From Rhizaria sp. SCN 62-66 (Eukaryota): a DNA stretch of 64,000 bases. Made by a program: the position numbers and the translations under genes. Under the pieces are notes generated by a model, which saw only the letters and a program-made list of their open reading frames with translations, did no database searches and had not been told where the DNA came from. The DNA lies in the NCBI GenBank assembly GCA_001724265.1, contig MEDY01000189.1, positions 1 to 64,000 of the forward strand. Direction: 5' to 3'. Positions 37,793 through 49,152 of this stretch are shown in pieces (position 1 is the first letter of the stretch; each line of letters opens with the position of its first letter).

Positions 37793-40111
37793 ATGGCCGC
37801 CGCGGCCGCGCCGTCCCCCGGCCCGCGCGAGGCTGCCGGGCTCTCGCTCTCGCTCTCACTCTCGCCTTCGCTCTCGCTCCCGGGGCTCTGGGACTGCGCA
37901 GTGCTACTCCTCGCGCTCGTGGGCCTAGCGCACTGCCTCGCGCTCCTTGCCACGCATTTCGCCGCGACGGCGCCCAATGTGGCGGCGGCGAACGTGGGCG
38001 CGCACGGCGGCAACGCCAGCTCCGGCGCCAAAGGTGTGGCCACATCCACCAGTCCGGAGCTGCAGCAACTTACTCTCGACACCACCGAGTGCTCCTGCTC
38101 CAAGTCCAGCGGCGCTGCCGCTGCGCGCACGCTCTCTGCCCCTGCGACAACCACTGCTACCCAGGCCGATGTCGCTACCGACGCCACTAACACTGCGCCT
38201 GCGGCTGCAGCTACGAGTGTGGCTACTGAGCCTGCCTCGTGTCCCGAGCTCAACTGCCCGGCGGGCTCGCGCTGCGTGTCCGGTCCTGTGCTGCGGCCCT
38301 CGCGCTTTGTCTTCCCCGCGCCCAACTCGGACCCCTCGTGGCCGGCCTGCCCGCGCTCCCGGACCCTCGCCGTGCTCCACGAAACGCTCCAGCTCCTCCC
38401 CGGCGGCGTCGGCCTCGCGCCCGCGCTCGCCGCCGCGCTCGCCACGCCCCTCTCGCCGCCCGCGGCCTCGGGCTCGGCCTCGGGCTCTGCAGTGGGCTCT
38501 GCAGTGGGGACACCTCGGGCCTCGCCAAGGGCCTCGCCAGGGGCCTCGCCCCAGGCGTCGCCGCGCGCGTCGCCCCGGGCGTCGCTCTCCGCGGCGTCGC
38601 TCTCCCGGGCCCTGCAGCAGCAGCGCCAGCAGCAGCAGCAGGGCTGGGAGGGGTGGGCGCAGGCGCAGGGGCTGCTCACGCCCATCGACGCCTTCGCCAA
38701 CGCCAACACTGTCAACGCCAACGTGAACACGCCTGCAAGCATGGGCAGTGGGCACGCCGGAGCGGGAGCGGGCGCGGGGGCGGGGGCGGGGGCTCCTGTT
38801 GTGGGCCTGAGCGCGATCACTGACGCGGTCGACCGCAGCAGCAGCAGCGGCGGTGGCGCTCTCAGTGTGCTGCAGCTGCAACTCCCGCAGCAGCTGCCGA
38901 ACACGTGCCCTGCCTCCGCCTCGGCGTTCTCCCACGCTGCCGCCGCCGCGGGCTCGGGCCCCACGTCAGCGCTGGGCAGCCCGGCCGTGGTGGTGGCGCC
39001 GGGCGTGCGGCGGCGCGTGCCCACCGTCCACATGCTCTGCGGCATGATCTGCAGCGGCAAGTCCTCAGTCGCTAAGGTACGAACGGGGCCAACCGTGAGA
39101 AACAATGAAATGATCAATGTGTACTCCGTTACATCTGTTAGTCTGTTGTTTATTTCTTGAATTGCTTGTCCTATGATAATATTCTATCTAAATCCGTGTT
39201 TATATCGTCTAACACAATCCTAAGTAACATCTTCACATCTTTGCTGACTTGCGTCCGCCACAGCGGCTGTCCCTGCGGCACAACGCGGTGATCTACTCGC
39301 CCGACACGTGGCTGCTGTACCTGTTCGGGCCCGAGTTCCCGATCTCCTCCTTTGGGCTGGTCGGCGACCAGGTCAAGGAGCTCATCTGGCGCGCGGCGCA
39401 GGAGAGCATGGCCCGCTACGGCGTCGACGTCGTCCTCGACTTCTCGCTCTGGACGCGCGCCGACCGCGACGCCTGGCGCGCGCGCATCCGGCGCGACGCA
39501 CGGAACTGGCACCGCGCGCCCGGCGCCGGCTGCGCGGGGACGGCCAGCCCCGGCGCCGGCGCCGGCGCTGGCGCGGGCGGCGACAACGACGAGGAAAACG
39601 TCAAGATCGGTACGTCAGCCAAACAAGACCATCGCATGAGTGTATCACCAATTTGTCGATTTGCAACGGAAGTGTATTTGTTGTCGTTGACCTCATCTTG
39701 GCCTATCTTGTCCTCTTTCATCTTTGTCCGCGCGCAGTGCTGCACTTCGCCGAGTGCCCCCTGGACGAGGCGCGCAGCCGCCTGGTGCGCCGCAACGCCG
39801 CCGTGGCCGCCACCAAGGCGCGCCTCCTCGCCGAGGCTGAGGCCGAGACCAAGGCCAAGGCCGCTGCGGCCGCCGCCGCCGCGAGCAAGGGCGACGCCGA
39901 CGCTGACGCCGATACCGATACTGCTGAGTCAGCAGAGTCGGCGCGGTCGTTCCAGGGCGACGACCTGAACCTCGAGGTGCCGCTGTCCTCGTTCGACGAG
40001 TGGCGTGGGCTGCTGGAGCCGCCCGGGGAGGACGAGCGGCCCGTCGTGCACCACTGCGGCAGCGGCGCGCAGCAGCACAAGCAGCAGCAAGAGCCGGCCA
40101 AGGCGCCGTGA
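37793..40111 (+). CDS. Membrane-anchored protein with C-terminal P-loop (AAA_33 / nucleotide kinase-like) domain, 3 exons
   Basis: Exons 37793-39076, 39264-39609 and 39738-40111; stop is TGA. Motifs VHMLCGMICSGKSS (Walker A), YSPDTW, GVDVVLDFSLWTRADRD, ECPLDEARSRLVRRN, LEPPGEDE. Hydrophobic segment near the N-terminus. Confidence 0.82.
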
Positions 40112-40648
40112 ACGGGCTGAGGGGCTGCAGTCCACCGAGGGGAGTGACCGGGGACTTGTTGGGTCGGTGCCAAATTGGGCCAAGATAGGATTGTTTTGAA
40201 CAATGTCATCTTACTTTAGCTTTATAACAATAAATCTTCGATAATATTTTTATCTATTGTTTGATTTCTCTTCTGTTTTCATGTGATTCTTCAATGCTTG
40301 TGTATTTAAAACGACTTCTCGCGCGCAACTACTGTCGTGTATGTTACTCTGTGTATGTCGTTGTTGTTTTATGACAGGTCTCTCTTCAGACGACACTGTC
40401 ACAGCAAACAACAACAGCAACATCGGAAGCAATAACAGAAACAGACATATATACGTTTTGGATATGACATCGACAGAATACAAGTTGTTTCGAACGACAC
40501 AAATACTACACTGAACATGAAACATAAACAGCACAAAGATTCCAAGATATCAAAAAAGCAAAATACCGAGTATTTCAAAACAATATTGTCAAACAAATAC
40601 AAATAAATTCAACCCTATATTGCACGCCCACATTTCCCTCTTCGCCCG

Positions 40649-43081
40649 TTACATCTCGGTGACGCTGACGTCGTCGAGCTCGGAGTCGTCGACGCCCTCG
40701 ACGGTGAACTGCGGCGGCGCCGACACGTCGATCTCGTCGCCAGCGTGCGCGTCCACGGTCGCCAACACGCGCCCGCCGCCTGCGGTCGGCACCGCGGCCG
40801 CGCCCGCGGCGGCGGCGGCGGCGCCGCCCGCGGAGGCCGGGGCGGCGGCGGCGGCGGCGCGCGCGCGGCGGGCGGCGGCGGAGGCGTCGCCTGCGATGTT
40901 GTCGAGCTCCACGTCGTCCGCGTCGTCGTCGTCGCCCGAGGCGAGGATGACGCCGCCGTCGGTGACCTGGCTGTACTCGTAGCGGCGCGCCGTCTTGGAG
41001 GGCCGCCAGAGCACGGCGATGGTTACGACGACGACGAAGTAGAGGATCTGCGAGAAGCCCGAGGTGGCGAGCCACTGCTGCTCCCAGCGTTCCCCGGGCG
41101 TGAGCGAGGCCGTGAGGTTGTAGAGCATGAAGACGACCTGCGCGGCGACGGCACATGACAAAACCAGCGCGAAGCGGCCCATGAGCCAGAGCTTCGCGGC
41201 CTGCTTGTGGGCGCGAAGGTACGCGATGGTGTCGTAGAGGCTGACCATCGTCCACCACGCGAAGAGACAGTCTAGGCAGTAGAGCGCGACGTCGAGTGCG
41301 AGCAGCGGCGCGGCGGCGGCCGAGGGGTCGAGCCGCGTGACCAGCTCGCGCGCGACCGAGAGCGCAAAGTAGGGCGCGCTCGTCAGCGCGAGCTTGCGGC
41401 GCGCGGCGCCGAGCGTGGGGCGCACGACGCCGAAGCCGACGGAGACTGCGACGACGAGCACGCGCGAGCCCGTCTGGTGCGCGCACTTGATGATGGCGCA
41501 CAGCACCAACAGAGGGGTGGCCGGCGCGCCCGCGGCGTTGTAGCGGTAATGGTCGGCGAAGCAGAGCAGCGCCTCGGCGACGCACGAGACAAGGATGACC
41601 GTGATGAAGCGCTGCAGCGTGATCTGGTCCTTGTTGTACACGGCCGTCAGCGCCAGCCAGACGAGGCAGACGAGAAGGTATGCCGCGGCGAGCGCGCCGT
41701 AGAAGGGCAGGAAGGGGAATAGGTGGCCCGGGAGGTAGCCGTAGGGGTTCATCCACTCGACCGTCCCGCTCACCGTGAAAGTCGCCACCTAGGCGCTGGG
41801 TGGCGCGGGCGCGGCCGACGAGTCGTCACCAGCGGCGTCTTCCTCGGCGGCGTCAGGATCGGCGTCGGCGGCGGCGGCAGCCACAGCGGCGGCGGCAGTG
41901 CTGAAGGAGCCGGTGGAGAGCGCTGAGAGGCGGCGCACCGCGGAGCTCTTTGAGTTCTTGCTCTTGCTCTTGCTCTTATCCTTGGCACCCGAGCCAGAGC
42001 CAGAGCTCGAGCTAGAGCCAGAGACTGAGCCCGAGATAGCCGGCGCGGTGAGCGAGTACTCGGTGTCGTCACACTGGGCGATCACGACGGAGTACTGGTC
42101 CGTGGCGTTGATCGCCAGCCGCACGCCGGGCCCGCGGTAGTCGTAGTCGCTACCGTCGCCGTCCAGGTCGCTCGCGCCGGCGTCCGCCCCAGCGCCGGAG
42201 CCGGCAGTGCCGGTGCTGGCGCTGTCGCTGGAAGGATGGAACAAAGGAGAAATAACCAGATATAAAGATGATAGTGAGAAATCAACCAACTAATACAACA
42301 CTCACTTCTCTCAAAAACCAAACAAATACAGCTGTAAATCTGATAAACACGAGATAGATCCTCAATGAGGCGTGTGGACGCACCTGCCGGGAAGCGCGGG
42401 GCCCTGCGGGGCCAGCACGGCCTTGACCGAGGCCGAGCTCTGCCCCGCCGGGATCGTCACCGTCATGCGGTGCCACGGCCGCAGCGCAGCCGAGCCCGTG
42501 CGCGGCGCGAACACCACCGGCGCGCCGCTGCTGCTGGTCTGGCCCTTGGCTCCGGCGTTGCCGCCAGTCTGCTGCTGCTGCCGCAGCTTCTCCTCTTCGT
42601 CGGCGCGCGTGTAGACGCGGCCGTCGCGGCACCAGAGGTACTCGTCGGCGGTGGCCTCGTCGCGGCCGAAGTACGTGTCTGCGGGCGCAGTGCCCTGCAA
42701 CACGAAGACATCTAGCACCGACTCCTTGTGGAAGCGCGGGTCCGAGTGCGCCGCGCCGGGCCGCAGCAGCACGCGCGCAGGCGGCACCGACAGCGCGCGC
42801 GTCACCGTCAGGTCCACCGTCACGAACGCGCGCCCGTTGCCCGGCTCCAACGCCGCGGGCGCGTCCTGCGGCGCGTAGACGCGGGCGAGCGATAGCGAAG
42901 TCAGCGTGCGCGGCGCCAACGCCTGCGGACGCACGGGGAACACCTCGGCGCGCGCCAGGGGCGCCAGCGCGGCCGCCAGGACCAGCAGCAGCGCCGCGAG
43001 CGCGAGGCGAGGCACGCGCAAGAGGCCGGGCGCGCGCGGGGATGCGGCAGCGGCGGCGGCAGAGGCGGCGGTGCAGAGCAT
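40649..43081 (-). CDS. TMEM87/GOST (lung seven-TM receptor family) protein, 2 exons, with one in-frame TAG
   Basis: Exons 43081-42384 and 42227-40649; stop is TAA. Signal peptide, YSVVIAQCD, SGTVEWMNPYGYLPG, VSVGFGVVRPTL, EQQW, LWRPSKTARRYEYS. TAG at 41789-41791 lies in frame between the luminal and 7TM parts. Confidence 0.9.
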
Positions 43082-43567
43082 GCTGGACTCTTTGAGAGGA
43101 CCGCGAGCCGGGGAGGCGCTGGGGACTGTTACGGAAAAGAAACGCCAACGGTCTGCGACTGAAACACCCGCGAAAAACCGGCGAATGACAGGAGCTCGCG
43201 GGGCTTGATAAGATTGGACACGGTGCCGAGGAGCGACGTGAGGTGACGCTCGTCTGGGATGGATTGTATGGGTATATCAGACGTATACAGAAAAAAAGAA
43301 AAGTAAAATGAGTTGAAGTTAATGCTTACAATTCGGAAATGGAAGAAGATACTAAAGTGTCGACCAAAATATCGCGGGGTTCGCCTTTTTTTGCGACATG
43401 CCAAAGCCATCATCAGAAATCGCAACGAACCACCAGTCCGCCATTGTAGGCAGAGGCAAAGGCGAAAAACATGTCAAACCAAGCATATCGATGATAAACA
43501 GTCGTAAAATCACGTGGAATCTATGTATTGCTTTAGTTAAGTAGTCTTATTGCGCATTACAGCATTT

Positions 43568-45937
43568 TTACCTCCTGCGCGGCGCGGTGTCGAGCGCGGC
43601 CTGGAGCCCCGCGCGCTCATGTTCGCTCCGGAGCAGCGCTGCCTGAGCAGCGCTGAGCTGCTGCTGCAGCGAGGCCACGCGGCCCTCTGCAAGCCGCGCC
43701 TCGGCCAGCTGCGCCTCCGCGCGCTGCACCTCAGCCCGCAGCCGCGCAGCCTCGTCCTAGCCGCCCGCGGCTGCGGCTATCGTCGTCGCGGCCACGGCCA
43801 CAGACGCGGAGGCGGCGGCAGCGGCGGCCGCCTTGTCGTCCTCGAGGGCCTTGACGCGCGCGCGCAGTAGCGCCAACTCCTGCGACGCGGCGCGCAGGTC
43901 CCGCTCGGCGCGCGCGCCCGCCTCGGCCATGCTGTCCGCGCGCGCGCGCCAGTCTGCGGCCTCGCGCTCCGCCCGCAGACGCGCGGCCTCGACCGCCTCG
44001 ACCGTCTCCACGGAGGCCGAAGGGGGCTGTGCGGCGGACGGCTGCTGCGGTGCAGCGGAGGAGGAAGAGGAGGAGGAGAAAGAGGTGAGCTCTACCTCGA
44101 GCGCGCGGACCCGGGCGCGGGCGGCGTCAGCCTCGGCCTCGGCAGCGGCCTTGGCGGCACGCAACCTAGTGTGCAGAGTCAGACAGATAAACAAGAGTTA
44201 GCGGAGTAACGAAAGAGTCAAAGAGGCAGGAAAGTGAGGAGTAGAACAATTCAAGATACAAGATATGAGAGAGCTTCAATTTAATAATCATACATATACA
44301 CATTTAAAAAAAAAAAGAACGACAATTTCTTAATATGCAAAAACGGTGAACTATACTCCACGAAAGCTGAAGAGCGTAAGAATAGCGTACCTGGCCTCTG
44401 TGTCCTGCGCCTGCGACACGGCCGCGACGGCCGAGTCGAGCGAGCCCTGGCTCTGCGCAATCTGCCCCAGGAAGCCCTCGCGCTGCGCCAGGAGCGCCTG
44501 CGCCTGCGCGTTGAGGTCGGCCACCTGCGCCGAGAGATGCGCCGTGACGAGCCGGTGGTGCTCCTCGCGGTCGATGGCCGTCGCCAGCTCGGTCCGCGCC
44601 GCCAGGGCGCCGCGGCCGATGGCGCGCAGCTGCTCGTCCAGCGCCGCCTTCTCCTCCCACAGCGTCTCCAGCTGCGCCCGCAGCGCCGCCACCTGCGCGC
44701 GCAGCGCCGGCGCCGACGCCGAGTCCTCTTCCTCGTCGTACGGATCCTTCTTGCCATCGCTCTGGGGCTTGGTCTCAGACTGCTGCTGTTTGCTGTCCTG
44801 CGCGGGGTTAGCTTCGGGGGCAGCCGTCGCCGTCGCCGCCGCGTTGCCGCCGCTGTTGGCGTTGGCGTTGGCGAGCGCGGCCTTGAGTGCGGCGACCTGT
44901 TTGCGCAGCGTCGCGACCTCGCCCGCGTGCACCTCGGCGGCGCCGCGCCACTCGCCCGCCTCGGCCTGCGCCGCCGCCGCGTCCCGGCCCGCCGCCAGCG
45001 CCCGCGCGCGCGCCCGCGCCAGCTCACCGCGCGCGTCGTCGCGCTCCAGCTCGGTGCGCCGCTGCAGGTTCGCCATGCGCCGCACGTCGTCGCCGCGCGC
45101 GCCGGCCTCGGCGGTTGCCGCCGCCAGCGCTGTCTGGGCCGCGGTGAGCGCGGCGGCGGCGGCGGCCTGCGCGGCGCGCGCGTCGGCCAGCTGCGCGCGC
45201 TCGGGCAGTGCGTCAAGCGCCTCGCGCAGCGCGCGCGCCTCGTCCGAGCGCGTCTGCAGCGCGGCCTGGGCCTGCGCCAGCCGGCTCGCTGCGTCGGCGC
45301 GGGCGGCCACCACGGTCACCAGCTGCGCCCGGACAAGCCCCGTGCGCGCGTCCGCCGCCTGCGTCTCGGCGCGCGCGTCCGCCAGCTGCTTCGCCAGCGC
45401 GGCGATCTGCGCCGCCAGCTGCTCTGAGCTCGCGCGCGAGAGTCCCGCCTCGCGGTCGCGCTGCTCTAGCGCGGCCGCCTGCGCGCGCGAGGCGGCGAGC
45501 AGGGCCTGGAGGCGCTGCAGCTGGTCCGCCTGCTGCGCGCAAAAGCCCGCCACGGCCGCGTAGTTGCGCTTCAGCGTCAGCACGTACTCCAGGTCCATCT
45601 GCAGCGTCGCCAGGGAGGAAATGTCGCCCGCAGAAGGGGCGGGCGCAGGTGCAGATGATGAGCCCGCTGCCGCAGAGGCTGATGCTGTGGCCGCTGATGA
45701 TAACGATGTCGAGGTTGCAAAGGCTGACTGTGACGTCTGCGGTCCTTGGGTTGCGCCCGATGAGGCCGCAGACGCGAAGAAGAGCGAAGGACCCATCTGT
45801 GGCTGCGGCTGTTGCTGACCAGAGGAACTAGGACTGGGGAGAGCTGAAAAGTCGCCGAAGTCATTGGCTGTAGCTGAAGCCGTGTTGTCAGTGCGGCGAC
45901 GGCCCGCAAGAATGGGGTTTGCCGTCGACGTCGACAT
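43568..45937 (-). CDS. Long coiled-coil protein of unknown function, 2 exons, with one in-frame TAG
   Basis: Exons 45937-44391 and 44165-43568. Heptad-rich A/E/Q/R/L sequence continues for 62 codons beyond TAG 43757-43759 to TAA 43568-43570. That end could instead be a GTAAAA donor. Confidence 0.8.
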
Positions 45938-46324
45938 TGATCGCTGTGGTTGTCTCTGCAACAAGACACAACTGTGTGAGGTTCGGGATAGTGCTTGTGG
46001 TGCTAAATAAGGAAGGCTGTAGCAGAGCAAAAATGCTACATTGTGAGTGACCATAATAAAAAAAGAGATTAAACGCCAAGAATGTTCACACGACGTTGAA
46101 TATAATTTAACTGACGATCAAAACATCGAGATATGATCAATTCTAAATAGTGGACCGTTTTTCGAGTCGTCCCAGCCAGCCAATCGACCTCGAAAGTCAG
46201 CGATTGACCGTGGGCAAAACGGGGAGCCTGGTGGCGGCTTAAGTTTAAGTAAGGGCAGGTCGACAGAGATGAGGGGCGACTTTGCAAGAGCTCGTTCTTG
46301 TCCAAGTGTTTCCATCTGTGAACA

Positions 46325-48615
46325 ATGAAGGGTTTCTGCCTTTTGTTTGCTTTGGCTGCGCTTTTTGCAAGCGCCCTCGCTTACACAGCGGTACGTATCG
46401 CGCCCTATCCCGCCTGCCATGTTGCCCCCAAAGGGGAACTGGCTCTGCTCTCGCTTCCTTTGCTTTCGCCCATTTCCAGCATCTGCACATCCATGTTTGA
46501 ATCCCTGCGTACTTCCATGCGATGTTATACTCCGCAGAGAATCTCGTGCAGTGCTGGTGAGCGCGTGTGTCCGCCTCTTTTGCCACTCCAAGCCCCCTTT
46601 TAAGTCTTCTCGAGCCACTCCCCTCTACCAATCGACTCAGTGCTTTCCTCTCCTCTCTCACACCCCATTCTCTTCACCCCTATCCATTTTCACGCGTCCT
46701 TCGCCTTGCTTTACTATAGGAGGAGAGTCTTGCAAACCGTGTGACCACGTCTGCGGGGCCTAGTGCTTCGTTCGTGGATATGTACTCGGAGACTCACGCC
46801 GAGGGCGAGATGTCTGCTGAGGAGGCCTACCAGCTCGAGGCCCAGCAGGAGGCCGACGACGCCGCTCTCGTTGAGATGTCGTCTGCCGTCGCCTTCGAGA
46901 CTGAGCTCGATGCCGCGGCCGAGACCGAGACCGAGGCCGAAGTTGACCGCCGCCGCCGTCGTCGTCGTCGTGGCGGCATCATCCGCCGCATCTTCGGCCG
47001 CCGCCGTCGTCGCCGCGGACGTCGCGGACGTGGACGTGCCGCTCCCCCGCGCATCATCCACCGCGCTGCCCCCGCTGCTCCCGCTGCCCCCGCAGTGGAC
47101 AACACCGCCGTCCAGGCCGCGGTCGCCGCCGCCCGTGCGAAGGCTGAGGTCGAGGCCGCCGCCGCCGCCAGGGCCGCCCGCGCCAAGGCCGACGCCGACA
47201 TCGCCGCCGCCGCCGCCGCCGCGCGCGCCAAGGTCGAGGCCGAGGCCCGTCTGGCCGCCGAGGCCAAGGCGCGCGCCGAGGCCGAGGCCCGCGCGCTGGC
47301 CGCTGCCCGCGAGAAGGCCGCCCGCGAGGCGCGCGAGAAAGCTGCGCGTGAGGAGGCGATCCGCGCCAAGGAGCGAGCTGTCGCCGAGGGCAAGGCCAAG
47401 GCCGAACGCATCCGTCTGGCGCGCATCGCGACGCAGAAGCGCATCGCCAACGCGAACCAGAACGTGATCAAGAAGATCGAGAAGGCTCGCCGGCGCTCGC
47501 AGAGCTGGAAGAACCGCGAGAGCGCCATTAAGACCTCGCACGACACGATCGCGAGCGACTTCAAGAAACGCGAGGCCGTCAAGACTCAGGGCGCGGTGCA
47601 GATCGAGGCCGCCGTGGCGAAGCTTAACGTCCTCGCTCGCGAGATCAAGCGCGAGATCAAGGAGGTTGAGCAGAAAAAGGTCGAGCTCGACGCCAACACG
47701 CGCATCATGGCGCGCGCCGCCATCAAGAAGGAGGGCTCGTACCTCGGCGGTCACATCTCGTACCAGCCCGACGTGGCGGGCCCGCGCTTCCAGGCCGAGG
47801 CCAACGGCGCGCCCGCCGTCATCCAGACGCTCGAGCTGGGCAAGAACATCGCGCCCGCTGAGCACGGCCGCGGCTTGATCGACGACAAGTTCAAGGCCGA
47901 CTTCGCGTCCAACCTGCGCGCCGGCAACCTCGAGGCGCAGGCCCGCGCGGACCGCCCCGGCATCCTGGAGGACATCCGCCACGCGGCCGCGTTCGACGAC
48001 GGCGCTGACGGCCCCACCAAGGCTCAAGCCGAGCTCTCGGACAAGTTCCTCGACGGCTCCTTCCTCGAGACGCTCTCCGAGGCCGACGCCGAGGCTGAGG
48101 CCGAGCTCGATGCTGAGCTTGACGCCGAGGAGGCCGCTATGGCCGAGGCTGAGGCCGACGCCGAGGCTGAGGCTGAGGCTGAGGCTGAGGAGGAGACTGA
48201 CGCTGACTCTGAGGCCGATGCGGACGCTGACGCCGAGGAGGAGGCCGACGTCGACGCCGATGCTGACTCTGAGGCCGACGCCGAGGAGGAGGCCGAGGCC
48301 CCCGAGTCGTTCATGGAGACCGAGGCCGAGGCTGACGCTGCGGCCCTCAAGGACGCCGAGATCGTCAAGATGGAGGCCGAAGCCAAGGCGGCCGAGGACA
48401 AGGCCATGGCGCGCGCCCGCTCTGAGATCAAGAAGATCGACAACTTGGCGGAGCAGCACAAGTCTAACCACGCGCGCCTCACCTCGACCTTCGACTCGAG
48501 CCGCGCCAACTCCGCGGCCTCCGACCTCGAGGCCACCACCAAGACCAAGAAGCTCGACCAGGACCTCTCCAAGTTCGAGCAGCTCGCCAAGCAGGTCGAG
48601 GCCATGGTTGAGTAA
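46325..48615 (+). CDS. Secreted preproprotein (signal peptide, acidic pro-segments, poly-Arg segment, coiled coils), 2 exons, about 653 aa
   Basis: Exon 1 (46325-46390) encodes MKGFCLLFALAALFASALAYTA. Phase-0 intron 46391-46719. Exon 2 (46720-48615) ends in TAA. Strongly biased codon usage suggests high expression. Confidence 0.88.
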
Positions 48616-49152
48616 GCAATAAGTCTTGGCTCGACTCTGTCTTTGTTGTTTGGTGTTGAGTAGTTTTTCTCGTGTGTTGGTGGATAACCTGTCGCGCAGG
48701 TTTACAAAGAACAATTACAACAACTCTCATTTTCTCTTTCGTCCACAGCAATATGAATGAATGTGTGTCGCGCCCGTGTGGGTCTCCGTGAGCCGTGAGT
48801 TGGTCGGAGGGAGCTCCGGACTGACACTGGATGAAATCAATACACATCTTTACTTAAAACAGATATCTACGAGTATTGTTAACAGATTGGTGGTTATTAT
48901 GACGATAACGAATGTGTATTCCTCTAGATAATGGGTGCCAGTGCTATGTCTTTCAGTGCAACTTAAAAGCGTAACAAGCGAATCTGCAATCATATTCACT
49001 GTGAATCAGCTTGTTCAAGTACTGTTAATACATGTTCTCGTTGATAACGTTTAAATAGTTCTCATATCGCGAAATTCTATCATTTTGAAATTCACATCTG
49101 ATTTGTCCCTCGGCAAAAGTTTGTTATCCTTCCTCATATGAAATGCGTGCAC

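Noticed and set aside
46714-48714. Long antisense and alternate-frame ORFs (e.g. 46714-48714 -, 14956-17004 -, 49537-52338 +, 51932-54274 +, 58983-60638 +)
   Set aside because: These are shadows of real genes caused by high GC and codon bias. They carry no motifs and mirror the true CDS boundaries.
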